A DNA stretch of 63,879 nucleotides, counting the filler, from Octopus bimaculoides (taxonomy: Eukaryota): assembly GCF_001194135.2 (NCBI RefSeq). It is 5 parts of 5 records of this genome, joined end to end, with 100 filler letters (N's around TTAATTAATTAA, not from the genome) between each part and the next. Parts side by side here need not be neighbours in the genome. Positions count along the whole stretch, not along the records: positions 21,158 to 30,229 come from NW_026372893.1; positions 30,330 to 42,168 come from NC_068982.1; 3 more parts are not named here. One strand, given 5' to 3'. Shown here piece after piece: positions 28,216-41,005 of the stretch. Below the pieces are notes generated by a model, which had not been told where the DNA came from, ran no database searches, and saw only the letters and a program-made list of their open reading frames with translations. Position 1 is the stretch's first letter, and each line of letters starts with the position of its first letter. The position numbers were made by a program, and so were the translations under genes.

Positions 28216-28457
28216 NNNNNNNNNNNNNNNNNNNNNNNNNNNNNNNNNNNNNNNNNNNNNNNNNNNNNNNNNNNNNNNNNNNNNNNNNNNNNNNNNNNNN
28301 NNNNNNNNNNNNNNNNNNNNNNNNNNNNNNNNNNNNNNNNNNNNNNNNNNNNNNNNNNNNNNNNNNNNNNNNNNNNNNNNNNNNNNNNNNNNNNNNNNNN
28401 NNNNNNNNNNNNNNNNNNNNNNNNNNNNNNNNNNNNNNNNNNNNNNNNNNNNNNNNN

Positions 28458-28829
28458 TCCAATAGTTGTATCATTTCATATAAGATGGTTGGTGTTAAGA
28501 AGAGCATCCAGTAGCAGAAACCATACCGAAACAGACAGTAGTGTTTTTTATGTGCCAACAGCACAGGAGCCAGTCCAGCGGCACTGGCAACGACCTCACC
28601 CGAATGTTGTTTTTCATGTGCCACCGGCTTAAGTGCCAGTAAGGCGACACTGGTAATGGTCACGCTCGAATGGTGCTTTTTATGTGCCACCAGCATGGGA
28701 GCCAGTCAGCGGCCCTGGAAATGATCATGCTCGGATGGTGCTTTTAACATTCAACTGGCACGGGTGCCAGTCAGGCGGTGCTGTCATCAGCCACATCAGC
28801 AAATTTCAACATGGAAAATGGACATTAAA

Positions 28830-28863
<34 letters not shown>

Positions 28864-28865
28864 CA
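28458..28865 (+). mobile_element. Family D-related repeat with ~4 internal ~62-bp tandem units and (GAT)n tail
   Basis: Repeated tttttatgtgccacc...gccagtc...gcactgg..a.gatc.cgctcg.atggtg; ends aaaatggacattaaaaggatgatgat. Confidence 0.7.
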
Positions 28866-29190
28866 GTGATTCACCATGGAATTATTGATGTAATTCAAAA
28901 CGAACTACTTTTCAGCTGTACATAAAGTGCATGTTCAAAACATGAATGCCAACAAAGAGACAAACATAAAAAGAGAGAGGTTTGCAAGTGAAGTATTTAC
29001 TTACTTTTAAAAAGCATAAGTTTGTTCCTGTAACAAATTTCAAATCCACCATCCTTTACAAGAGTGGAAAAAATCAAAACCTCATGATGCTTACATCCAT
29101 ATGCATCATGTAAGCCACAAATCACTGTAACAAAGAAAGCAAGAAGTAGATTGGTTACTGGTGAGAATGTTGATATAGGTTAAGGTTTAA

Positions 29191-29411
29191 CCCTTTCGAT
29201 ACCAACCCGGCTGAAACTGCTTCTGGCTCTGTAGTACAAATGTCTTGCTTTCAAAAGTTCTGAATTAAAATCTTCCACCAAACCTTAGTCACAATTTATG
29301 TTCCTAACACTAGCTTAATGATAACAAAGTTATTTTACTAAATTTTTGTTATATTTAAAATTAATTGAAAGAAACACAGAGCATCTCAACAGAAATATGG
29401 TAACAAAAGGG
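29191..29411. mobile_element. piggyBac-type MITE copy 1 (221 bp)
   Basis: TTAA|CCCTTT...AAAGGG|TTAA. Confidence 0.9.
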
Positions 29412-29442
29412 TTAAAATATATAACAGAGAAACAATTCTTAA

Positions 29443-29663
29443 CCCTTTCGATACCAACCCGGCTGAAACAACCTCTGGCTCTGTAGTACAAATGTGTTGT
29501 TTTCATGTATTTGGAATTAAAATCTTCCACCAAACCTTAGTCACAATTTATGTTCCTAACACTAGTTTAATGATAACTAAGTTATTTTACTAAATTCTTT
29601 GTTATAGTTAAAATAATTGAAAGAAACACAGAGCATCTCAAAATAAATACAGTAACAAAAGGG
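29443..29663. mobile_element. piggyBac-type MITE copy 2 (221 bp)
   Basis: TTAA|CCCTTT...AAAGGG|TTAA; same family as copy 1 with scattered substitutions. Confidence 0.9.
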
Positions 29664-30893
29664 TTAAAGAACAACTATAATAGCACTTCAATAACTTTTC
29701 TCTTATATTCATCCTTCTGTAACTTGAGGGTGTAACTCATCTTCATGACAATGTTTTTCCTTATCGAAGGAAAGAGATAAATGGTACACCACTGTCCACC
29801 ACAGCAGAATTGATACTGGTGTTAGTGCCATGTATAAAGCACTGGTGATGATGGTGCTACATAAAAAGTGCTGGTTGATGGTATTATATAAAAGACACTA
29901 AAAAAAAAAAAAAGACAAAAGTACTTGCAGTTGATTTTCTTGATTAACAGAAACCCCCACCCCCCAAAAAAACATTTGCAAGTCAGTGCTCCAGCATGAC
30001 CACATTCCAGTGATTGAAAAAAAAAAGTAAAAGAAAGATAATAAAAGATTGTTACAAAATGAAGGAGGATGTCTGCTGGGATTATGCTGATATGCAAATC
30101 TGATTGTTAATAATGCCAGCATGGCATTTATTAAGTAGCAGCCGAAGTGGTGACAGTAAAAGTGCTGATGATGCAGCTGTCTTGCTCTGTCTTCCTCTCT
30201 GCCTGCCTGTCTCTGTCTGTCTGTCTGTCNNNNNNNNNNNNNNNNNNNNNNNNNNNNNNNNNNNNNNNNNNNNTTAATTAATTAANNNNNNNNNNNNNNN
30301 NNNNNNNNNNNNNNNNNNNNNNNNNNNNNATATATATGTATGTATGTATATGTATGTATGTATGTATTATATATCTATCCTTGTAATAATTATTCATCTA
30401 ATACTCTTCCTTCTGGTAAATAAAGAAGCTATTATATATTTGCCCGATTACGGAATATGTAATGAAAATAGGCTAGTGTCAAGCAACAGCCAACAACACA
30501 CATTATGATGAAAATGCAAACCTCTGTTTGGACTTGGTTATTCAAGTCATGCCATAAAACAACATTTACAACACCCTACAAATATACATTCAGGCGAAGA
30601 GCCAACAAGGGAGTTTGAATGTGGTCACTCGAACATCTAAAAATAGTAACCTAATCACCCTTAAATTATGCTCCACCGCCGTTAAAAAGGAAGAAAATAC
30701 ATTAGATATTGCAGTCCTAGATATCATTGCATAATGAAGCCATTAGATAATGAAGTCCAGCTTGTCACGATGCGTGTTCGATTGCTACGCTTTCAAAGGG
30801 AAATATCCTCGACAAGCCAACAGTAAGGTGCCAAGGGCGAACGGGAAGGAGCTAAACGAGTTGGTGGCGAAAGGTGATAACAGACAGACAGAA

Positions 30894-30926
<33 letters not shown>

Positions 30927-30933
30927 TACATAC

Positions 30934-30979
<46 letters not shown>

Positions 30980-31009
30980 TGTTTGTAAGAGAGGAGATAG
31001 AGAGAAGCA

Positions 31010-31049
<40 letters not shown>

Positions 31050-31344
31050 AGGAACAAGGAAAAACTGTTACGAAAAATATTATGTATAATGAGGCGCTGA
31101 GCTTAAACACCAACATTTTCTAATTTTATCAACTAGTCTTCAAATATTTCCTGTTACATTCACATCAGTTAAGTATTACTTTAATATTTAGTATATTGTC
31201 ACCAACGCTATAAATAATTTAAAACTGAACGTCTCCATAGCCTTAATCCGTTGTCTAAGTCATAATCGCAAAAAAGATTATAACTACTATCTCAAAATAA
31301 ATAATTTCGTTATATAATGTATCAAAATTATGTAATATCAAGAT

Positions 31345-31550
31345 AGCAAGTTGGCAGAATCGTTAACACGCCGAACAAAAAGCTTATCAGCATATCATCC
31401 GTCTCCACGTTCTGAGTTCAAATTCTGCTGAGGTCGACATTGCGTTTGATCCTTTTGGGTTCGATAAAATAATTAGCAGTTAAATACTGGGTCGATGCAA
31501 CCGTACAGCTCCCCTAAAATTACTATCTTTGTGCCAAAATTTGAAGCCAA
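31345..31550 (+). mobile_element. SINE family B copy
   Basis: gttggcagaatcgttaacacgccg...gagttcaaattctgctgaggtcgac. Confidence 0.8.
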
Positions 31551-33108
31551 TATTATAAGATATATAAAAATAAGAACTTTCAGGAAACGTGATATTTCCA
31601 TGGTCTCGCTAGTTATGCATAAATACGTCTCATGGATACGACTTTAAACTGAATCCACTGGGATTCTGTTTCGGGAGTTCTAGGGTCCTGAGAAGTGCGG
31701 GAACCGCCTCTTAGTCCCTATTAAGGGGATGCCCTTTTCATGCGTGTGAAGACTGGATCCGACTGTGCGGGAGAAACATTTATGGTTCAACGGAGCGGGA
31801 AAGGCGTCTTCGGAAACGCATTGAGAGTGTAAGCAAGATGAGAGCATGATGGGGTAAGTTATCTTGGTCATCCACAGCATCCGTATCCATCCCCAGTCGT
31901 CTTGACCTGATCTTGCTTATGAGTTGAAGATGGTCAAGGACGGGAGAGTGAGGCTGACTGTGCGCAACTCTTCGCCTTTTTTTTTTTTTTTAGACAAACT
32001 TACTGCACAAACGCGCAAATCATCAGTCATCCTTTTAGGATGATTAGATGGTCCTCGTCCTCGGGACGAACATGGATGAATACGTGTGAACCCATAAAGG
32101 GTGAAAGTAGAATTCTGCATAGGTTAACAAAACACTTTGTAATATTATAGTATTGATGCTGTTTGAGGGTTAGGTACGTTGTTAATGGACACATACCACA
32201 GCAATGATGACAAAATACGTTCCACCCACGCTCCACACACAGCTACACACAACCACACACATACANNNNNNNNNNNNNNNNNNNNNNNNNNNNNNNNNNN
32301 NNNNNNNNNNNNNNNNNNNNNNNNNNNNNNNNNNNNNNNNNNNNNNNNNNNNNNNNNNNNNNNNNNNNNNNNNNNNATATATATATATATATATATACAT
32401 ACATATATATATATATATATTTATATATGTATGTATGTATATATAGCCAATCTGGAATCTTTTATGCTATCCCTCGATATGCTAGAAATAACGGCCAAAT
32501 ATTTCTCAAATCACGCTCTACATTGAAAAAGAACGAAGAACACAGGGAATGATAGCGCGAATTATATTATAACCATAAGCAAAAAAAGAGGAATAGTTAA
32601 AACTTGAATGATTTTGATGACACGCCTGCTCTAGAGCCTGTCTAGGGTAAAACAACAGCAGCAACAACATCAACAGCAACATAATTTGATAGTTTGATCA
32701 ATTGGAAGTAGTATGCCAAAATATTCTTCAATTTACATTTTGCCGTTTTGAATAAGAATAGAAGACGTATTAGATATAATATTGTCTTGCATAAAACTAA
32801 AATTTTAGGATCGTCATGGTCGCAATGCTCTTCACTTCTCGACAATAATAAGACATAGATAAGTGTGGATGTACATTTGTATGCGTTGCGTGCGCGCGCG
32901 CGTGTGTAGTCATTTAGTTGTTTTAACGTTTTAGTCATTGGACTGCGGCCATGCTGGGGCACCTCCTTGAATTCGTTAGTCGAACTTACTCCTGTACTTC
33001 TTTTTAAGTGAGGTATTAGTCTTTCGGTCTGTCTTTTACGCTAAGTTGTGGGGACATAAACGAACCAACACCGGTAGCCTTGTCATCGGTTCAAACATGC
33101 TTCAGGCA

Positions 33109-33655
33109 TATTCGAACCCGTAAGAAAATCCATTCACTGTCTTTTGTCGTACAGAAAATTTCTCGCTGTAAACAAATAGGTGTGAATACACCGAGTCAGC
33201 TCACAGCCAGAGGGGCGAACTGACGGTGAGAAATTTTCTCCACAACAGAATACAGCGAATAGCTTTCTTACGGGTTCAAACATGCCTCCAGTATACTTGG
33301 AAGTGGTAACAAGTCTGTGTATTACACATCACTGCTTAGCGTCGTCACCCTGTTTTTTTGGGGGTCTTTTGGGTTTTTATTTTCATTTATTTATGGTGAA
33401 CCACTGAGTAGCGCAACTAGTCATTGAACGATGACAGGAATATCACAAGAGGGACCTGTCTGTCTTGTCAGTTCGTAGCGTCTGTCTTTTTTCTTTGTTA
33501 CTGTAGAGGAGATAACCACTCTGAAATGCATGCATCCAACGGTTTCGTTAGAGAGTGTTGTGAGTTGATTCGGTGCATTTACACCTTATTTGTCTGCAGT
33601 AAGAAATTTTCTCCAAGATAAAAGACGGTGAATCGATTTCTTACGGGTTCGAATA
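33109..33655. mobile_element. MITE-like element with ~100-bp inverted termini plus an internal third terminus copy
   Basis: tattcgaacccgtaagaaa...cacagcc is inverted at 33553-33655 and partly at 33225-33282. Confidence 0.65.
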
Positions 33656-34374
33656 TATTACTCACACACTACGGTCTTCTACACAGTTTCTGTGTACCAA
33701 ATTCACTCGTAAGGTATGAATCAGCTCGGGTTTATAATTAAAAAAGAAAGTCCCTTGTCCAGTGTATCGAAGAGTGGGATTGAAATTGAAAGCATGTGGT
33801 TAGCGAAACGAACTTCTTAACCACACAGCCATCTGAAAAGGATGAAATGAATGCAAAGCATATGAAATTTATATACGTGGAATCATTATATAATATAATA
33901 TGATTAAATTCTAGCAATGGCGAATAAGTTCAAAGATATATTACTCAAGTGCTCTCAAGATCACACTTGTTTAAGGCGTGTCGTTTCAATCACTTATAAT
34001 CTTATTTCTTCTTTTGAAATCTGGGAGGAAAAACAAAATAAAAAATTAAAACAAAAGAAAGTAGGCAGGAAAATCCTCAAAACTAAAACAAAGGGGGGAG
34101 GGGGAAGAAAATATTAAATAAAATGCGTTTGGATGCGAAACGGTATATTTTATAATGAAAGTATCTGAACACTCAAATCCCTCTCCATGAGAATTTTATG
34201 TAACATTCTGATGCGTTGTTTCCCAGGAATTTTCCTATCAACTTTTCCCACTAAACAACACATACATATTAACGTTCGTTTCACCAGCCCCAATACAAAA
34301 TTGAAATACTCCCAAACAGATAGACACATAAGACAGACAAACACATATAAACACATTTCGCTTTGCCCAATCAT

Positions 34375-34409
34375 CTCTCTCTCTCTCCCTCTCTCTATCT
34401 CTCTCTCTT

Positions 34410-34463
<54 letters not shown>

Positions 34464-34565
34464 CCTCTCTCTATCTCTCTCTCTATCTCTCTCTCTTTCT
34501 CTCTCTCCCTCTCTCTCTCCCTCCCTCTCTCTCTCCCTCTCTCTCTCTCCTTCTCTCTCTCTCAC
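34375..34565. repeat. (CT)n microsatellite
   Basis: Direct reading. Confidence 0.95.
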
Positions 34566-34668
34566 TCTCCTTTGCTCTTTCACTCTTTCATTCTATTTTT
34601 ATACTCACCCCATTCACTTCTTTTTTGTCACTGTGTACACACACACACACACACACGTCACATATATA

Positions 34669-34708
<40 letters not shown>

Positions 34709-35014
34709 TCCTATATACATACATACGCACATGCATACATACATACATACAAACATACATTCATACTTGTCTGTCTCCATATTTATGTCATTCGTGTGTG
34801 TGTGTGTGTGTGTGTGTATACACTACACACAAACAGAAATATTTTTGTGTATACATATATATATATATACATACATACATATATATATATATATGCACAC
34901 ACATCCATAAATACATACATATGCATACATAGCATAGAAATGTTTGTGTGTATTGTGTGTATTGTGTATCATGTCTTATATCTATCTATCTAAATATCTA
35001 TCTATCCATCAACA

Positions 35015-35056
<42 letters not shown>

Positions 35057-35683
35057 TACATACATACATACATACATACGTTTGCATGTAAGTATGACTG
35101 TATGTATGGAGAGTCTGTGTGACTGTAATTTCGTTATTGCCCTTTTCCTTCTATTTTCTTTCACAATATCTTCCTTTCCAACTCTCTTTTTCCTTTCCAA
35201 CCCCTTTTTCGCATCCCCCATCTCCCTCCCCCCCTCTCTCTCTCTCTCTCTCTCGCTCTCTTTCGCTCTCTGCCCTTATATATTACTGTTGGTAATTGAA
35301 TGAACACATGTCTTCTTAACTGCAGTACATAATCACGATAAAAAATGAAATACATACAGCGAGTACATGGTCTCAAGCATGTGTGTATGTATATGTGTAC
35401 GTATGTATGTATGTGTATTTATGTAAATGCATATATATATATATGCGGCTATGTATACATACACTCACATACATATGTATATATACATACGTACACAGGC
35501 ATATGCTCTCACACACACACACATGTATATATACATACATGTATGCGTTTATGTATGCACGTACGTATGTAATATATATGTATGAAATCACGTTGGCATG
35601 TATATACGTGCGTATGTCTACATTTATGTTTATATACACTCACTCACACGTGTACATACATGTACATATCAATGCTTGCATGC

Positions 35684-35718
<35 letters not shown>

Positions 35719-36263
35719 NNNNNNNNNNNNNNNNNNNNNNNNNNNNNNNNNNNNNNNNNNNNNNNNNNNNNNNNNNNNNNNNNNNNNNNNNNNNNNNNNN
35801 NNNNNNNNNNNNNNNNNNNNNNNNNNNNNNNNNNNNNNNNNNNNNNNNNNNNNNNNNNNNNNNNNNNNNNNNNNNNNNNNNNNNNNNNNNNNNNNNNNNN
35901 NNNNNNNNNNNNNNNNNNNNNNNNNNNNNNNNNNNNNNNNNNNNNNNNNNNNNNNNNNNNNNNNNNNNNNNNNNNNNNNNNNNNNNNNNNNNNNNNNNNN
36001 NNNNNNNNNNNNNNNNNNNNNNNNNNNNTATATATATATATATATATGCGTGTGTATATTTGTGTGTGTGTGCATGTGTATGCATATATATATGTACATA
36101 TATATATATATATATACATATGCACATATATATGTACATATATATATAAATGTATATATATATATAAATATATACATACACATATATGTATGTATATGCA
36201 TACGCATATATGAATATATATGTATACACACACACATATATAATGAAAGACCGAGAGAGGGTA

Positions 36264-36318
<55 letters not shown>

Positions 36319-37272
36319 AAGGGTGAGGTAGATAGTCAGACAGACACGGAGAGCGAAAGACATGAAGAGTCACGGCATAGTGGTTATTTTGGTGGTTCTG
36401 GTGGTGCTGCTGGTGGTGGTAGTGGCGTTAGTGGTGGTGATAATGGTTGTGGTTCTGGTGATTGTGGTGGTTGTGGTAGGGATGTGTGTTAAATTGATTG
36501 ATAAAGACTAAAGGGACAGAAGGCCTGTCCATAACCCGACTTGAGTGTCGTAAATTTCAGTAAACCAAATAAGTTTATTTCATCTTGAACTGATAAAGGG
36601 AAAAATACTGCTGCTACTTGACACAATTTATCCTCGACTCTCTTTTTCAACCCTCCTCCCATCCACCCCTGTCAAACCTTACATTGACTCTTCCACCTCC
36701 TGACGTTGTCTCATGTCCTGTCGCCCTGTGTGAGTGCACGCACGTATGCAATTGTGAGAGAGCATACGTGTGTGTATATATGTGTATATATATATATTTA
36801 TATATATATATATATATNNNNNNNNNNNNNNNNNNNNNNNNNNNNNNNNNNNNNNNNNNNNNNNNNNNNNNNNNNNNNNNNNNNNNNNNNNNNNNNNNNN
36901 NNNNNNNNNNNNNNNNNNNNNNNNNNNNNNNNNNNNNNNNNNNNNNNNNNNNNNNNNNNNNNNNNNNNNNNNNNNNNNNNNNNNNNNNNNNNNNNNNNNN
37001 NNNNNNNNNNNNNNNNNNNNNNNNNNNNNNNNNNNNNNNNNNNNNNNNNNNNNNNNNNNNNNNNNNNNNNNNNNNNNNNNNNNNNNNNNNNNNNNNNNNN
37101 NNNNNNNNNNNNNNNNNNNNNNNNNNNNNNNNNNNNNNNNNNNNNNNNNNNNNNNNNNNNNNNNNNNNNNNNNNNNNNNNNNNNNNNNNNNNNNNNNNNN
37201 NNNNNNNNNNNNNNNNNNNNNNNNNNNNNNNNNNNNNNNNNNNNNNNNNNNNNNNNNNNNNNNNNNNNNNNN

Positions 37273-37328
<56 letters not shown>

Positions 37329-37492
37329 CATCTGGTTGATATTTTTGATAAAAGTATATCGCATTGATATCTACACACTTTACATTGTATAGTGATCACG
37401 CCCACCACACACACATACATGACAAAATACATACACGCATGCGAGAGAAAGAGAACTAAGAGAAAACAGAGTAATTGAAAGAGAGGGGGATA

Positions 37493-37524
<32 letters not shown>

Positions 37525-37645
37525 ATGAAAGACTCGGTGATGGAGAATAAGAGGGAGAAAGAGAGAGCCAAAGAAAGAAAAAACAATGACAAGAAACAAA
37601 GTGTGTGTGTGTGTGTATACGTGTGCGTACGTGCGAGCGGGTATG

Positions 37646-37707
<62 letters not shown>

Positions 37708-38262
37708 GGTGAGAAAATTGAGCCTCTATGCGAGGTCTCTCCTCAAGCATGAAATAGCGGCTGAATTTCTCAAATCATACGTTGGATACATTATGCCTGA
37801 AAATAATGGATCACGGCAGGAACGCTTTTGATCACAGACAAGGTAGACGTGGAGCTAAACAACATCAAACGCTTGAGATCAATGTTTGTTTTTGTCCTTA
37901 AACAAAATCTCGTTGCTTGCTCTCTTAGCATGTTTCACTTCTTCATGAAATATTTCTCATCGTCAAAATGTTTTCAGATTTCCTTAACTGATGTAGTTTT
38001 GCATGCTGATGACGAAAATTACATTGATTTTTTGCCAGAAACTAAAAATAAACAAATTACAAGTTTTTAAAAATTGAAATTTTGACAATTCGGATGCCTC
38101 CATTGCCGACATAATAGAAGTTGTAATTTTCGTAGTCTGACGATAAGATAATGAAAACAGTTCGAAATTTTGAAAGAATTTTTTTCTCAAATGGACAAAA
38201 TTTAATGGGGAGCGGGGAGAAACGATAAAAATCTTTTATGAAATATAATTACATGCTACATA

Positions 38263-38655
38263 TAGGTGCAAGAGTGGCTGTGTGGTAAGTAGCTTGCTTA
38301 CCAACCACATAGTTCGGGGTTCAGCCCCACAGCGTGAAACCTTGGGCAAGTGTCATCTATTATAGCCTCAGGCCGATCAAAGCCTTGTGAGTGGATTTGG
38401 TAGACGGACACTGAAAGAACCTTGTCGTATATATATGTGTGGGTGTGTGTGTATATGTTACTGTGTCTGTGTTTGCCCCCCCCCCCCACCATCGCTTGAC
38501 AACCGATACTGGTGTGTTTACATCTCCGCAATTTAGCGGTTCGGCAAAAGAGATCGATTGAATAAGTACTAGGCTTACAAAATATAAGTCTTGGGGTCGA
38601 TTTCTTCGACTAAAGGCGGTGCATGGCTGCAGTCAAATGACTGAAACAAAAGATT
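38263..38655 (+). mobile_element. SINE family A, full length
   Basis: A-box-like TGGCTGTGTGG, B-box-like GGTTCAGCCC, ccttgggcaagtgt core, tail. Confidence 0.9.
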
Positions 38656-38919
38656 AAAGGAAAAGAATATACTTTAAATATGAAAGCAGGGGTAAAAAAG
38701 ACTATTGATAAGTTCCGAAATGAAGCAGTTTTAATTCTGGAAAGTAAATTTCCAAATCTATTAATGGTTGTCGACCAATGATATCTTTACATCATCATCA
38801 GTTCGTAACTTGAATCTTACGGAGGAAATATCAATATTGAATGTGTACGTAATGATATCTTCTTTTGTACAAAGGTCTAGATTGTGTGATATTAATGCTT
38901 TCTTCCTTCTTTGAAGAGA

Positions 38920-39510
38920 GCAGGCGTGGCTATGTCTTAAGAAGTTTGCTTCTCAACCACATTGTTCCGGGTTCAGTCCCTCCGCGAGACAACTTTGGGG
39001 CAAGTGTCTTCTACGACAGTCACGAGCCAACCAAAGCTTTGCGAGTGAATTTGAGAGACGGAAACTGAAAGAAGCCTATCGTATGTATTTGGTGGTCCAA
39101 ATCGGATATGCAATTTATGTTGGTGTCTTTTCAAAACATTGTCTGGTTTAAAAAGCCACATCAGATGTCATGATGGTTCCAATGTATAGGTACAGGAGGT
39201 GGTCAAACTCTGCCTAAAGAGTAGACAACCACCACCATATATATATGTCTATAGCCATGTGTGCTTGTGTTTGTCCTCCACACCACCTCTACCACCACCA
39301 CCGCTCAACTATCTGTGTTGGTTTGCTGACGTCCCGTAACATATCGGTTCGGCAAAAGAAACCGATATAGAAAAGAGACCGGCTTAAAAAGAGAACGACT
39401 TGAAACCAAATAAAATAAGTATCGGAGTCGATCCTTTCGACAAAAACACTTCAAGGCGGTGCCCAGCATGACCGCAGTTTAACAACAATAACAAGTAAAG
39501 GATAAAGAGA
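38920..39510 (+). mobile_element. SINE family A, diverged and interrupted
   Basis: Head at 38920-39090, tail at 39260-39510. Confidence 0.7.
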
Positions 39511-40038
39511 TAAAATCCGAATCGAAGCATAACCGTGAACTCATCTTGCTCAAAGTGAAATTATTATTACACCACGTTCACAAATTGAACATGAACAATC
39601 ACTCTATGATGTCTGGAAATCATGGGTGTCCAGTTCACAATGATAAATTGAGAGACTATAGAAGAATGCATTATTCATTGTAAATAATCTCTTTGTAATT
39701 ATATGGTGTCAGCATTGAGATAACCTACGCACCGTTGTTTGAATTATGTTTCTTTTAGTTGCACGTAATCACTTGGCTATCTTACATTCGTTTCAGATAC
39801 GAAACCTAGACGGATGAAGGAAGGGGTTAAGACTAAGTTGTTTTTATTTATTTATTTATTATTATTATTATTGCCTAAAATGCACCAAGTTGTAATCGAA
39901 ACCACTATTTCTAACATTCATGCAAAATATAAATGAATAAATAAATGAATAATAATAATAATAATAATAAACAAATAGATAAATAAGTAGATAAATAAAT
40001 AAAACAGTTTATTGTGCAACTTATGTACTTTAATATAT

Positions 40039-40106
<68 letters not shown>

Positions 40107-40764
40107 GCATATATCTATATAAATATAAGTATGAATGTGTGTGTGTGTGTATACATATGTATACATATGTTTATAAGTATATATATTTATACAAACATAC
40201 ATACATACATACATACATACATACATACATACATACATACATACGTACATATNNNNNNNNNNNNNNNNNNNNNNNNNNNNNNNNNNNNNNNNNNNNNNNN
40301 NNNNNNNNNNNNNNNNNNNNNNNNNATATATATATATATATATATACATACATTTTGGTGTAGTGATTGTATGGTTTAGCTGTGATTGCTATATCAGAGA
40401 AGTTATTTTTGTTTAGTTCCTGTTTGGGGCTAATTTGATGAGAAGAACTTGTGCTGCGGAGAATTTCAGCTGAAAGAATAAGTGATGCACATCTTTCAGA
40501 AACGTGACCGGAAGTGTAGCCACCATTGCAAATCTTAGTGCTGTGTTATATTTAGGATTAATAGGCGAACTTAGAGATTAGAAGTTATATGTACAAGATA
40601 TAATTATTTTTTATACCTTTAAAAATAAACTTACAAGAAAAATAAAATTATGTATTCGTATCGTGTACCTTATATTAAATATTGTAAGAAGCTGACGTAT
40701 AGAAGCGTCTGCACTCCGGATAAAAAACTTGAGGCATTTCCTCCCGCTTTCATGGTCATCCTTC

Positions 40765-40860
40765 CATAGGTTGGTCAGAACTCCATTGACAATCCCCTTC
40801 CACACTACACGGCCCTGCATTGCTGGCGATCCACTTCTGTATCAGCTACCGAAAGAATTA
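40765..40860 (-). mobile_element. Probable RTE-like LINE extreme 3' fragment
   Basis: ADTEVD../AMQGRVVWKGIV resembles the DTG...AMxDRxxWRxxV terminal motif. Confidence 0.45.
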
Positions 40861-40869
40861 CCTTCCCGC

Positions 40870-41005
40870 TTTACGTTCTGAGCTCAAATCATTGCTGAGG
40901 TCGACTTTGCCTTTCATCCTTTCGATGTCGTCAAAATAAGTACGTAATAGACTTGCCCGTTCACTCCCAAGTTTCAGGCCTTTTTACCTATAGTAGAAAG
41001 AATTA
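40870..41005 (+). mobile_element. SINE family B copy
   Basis: gaggtcgactttgcctttcatcctttcg core. Confidence 0.8.

Noticed and set aside
29822-29925. Strong poly-T acceptor on the minus strand
   Set aside because: The downstream sequence is a repeat-derived motif array, and the poly-A tract is part of a SINE-like tail region
38263-38345. tRNA-like A/B boxes at SINE heads (also 50890-50960 and 58230-58290)
   Set aside because: They continue directly into SINE bodies and have no full cloverleaf, so they are not tRNA genes
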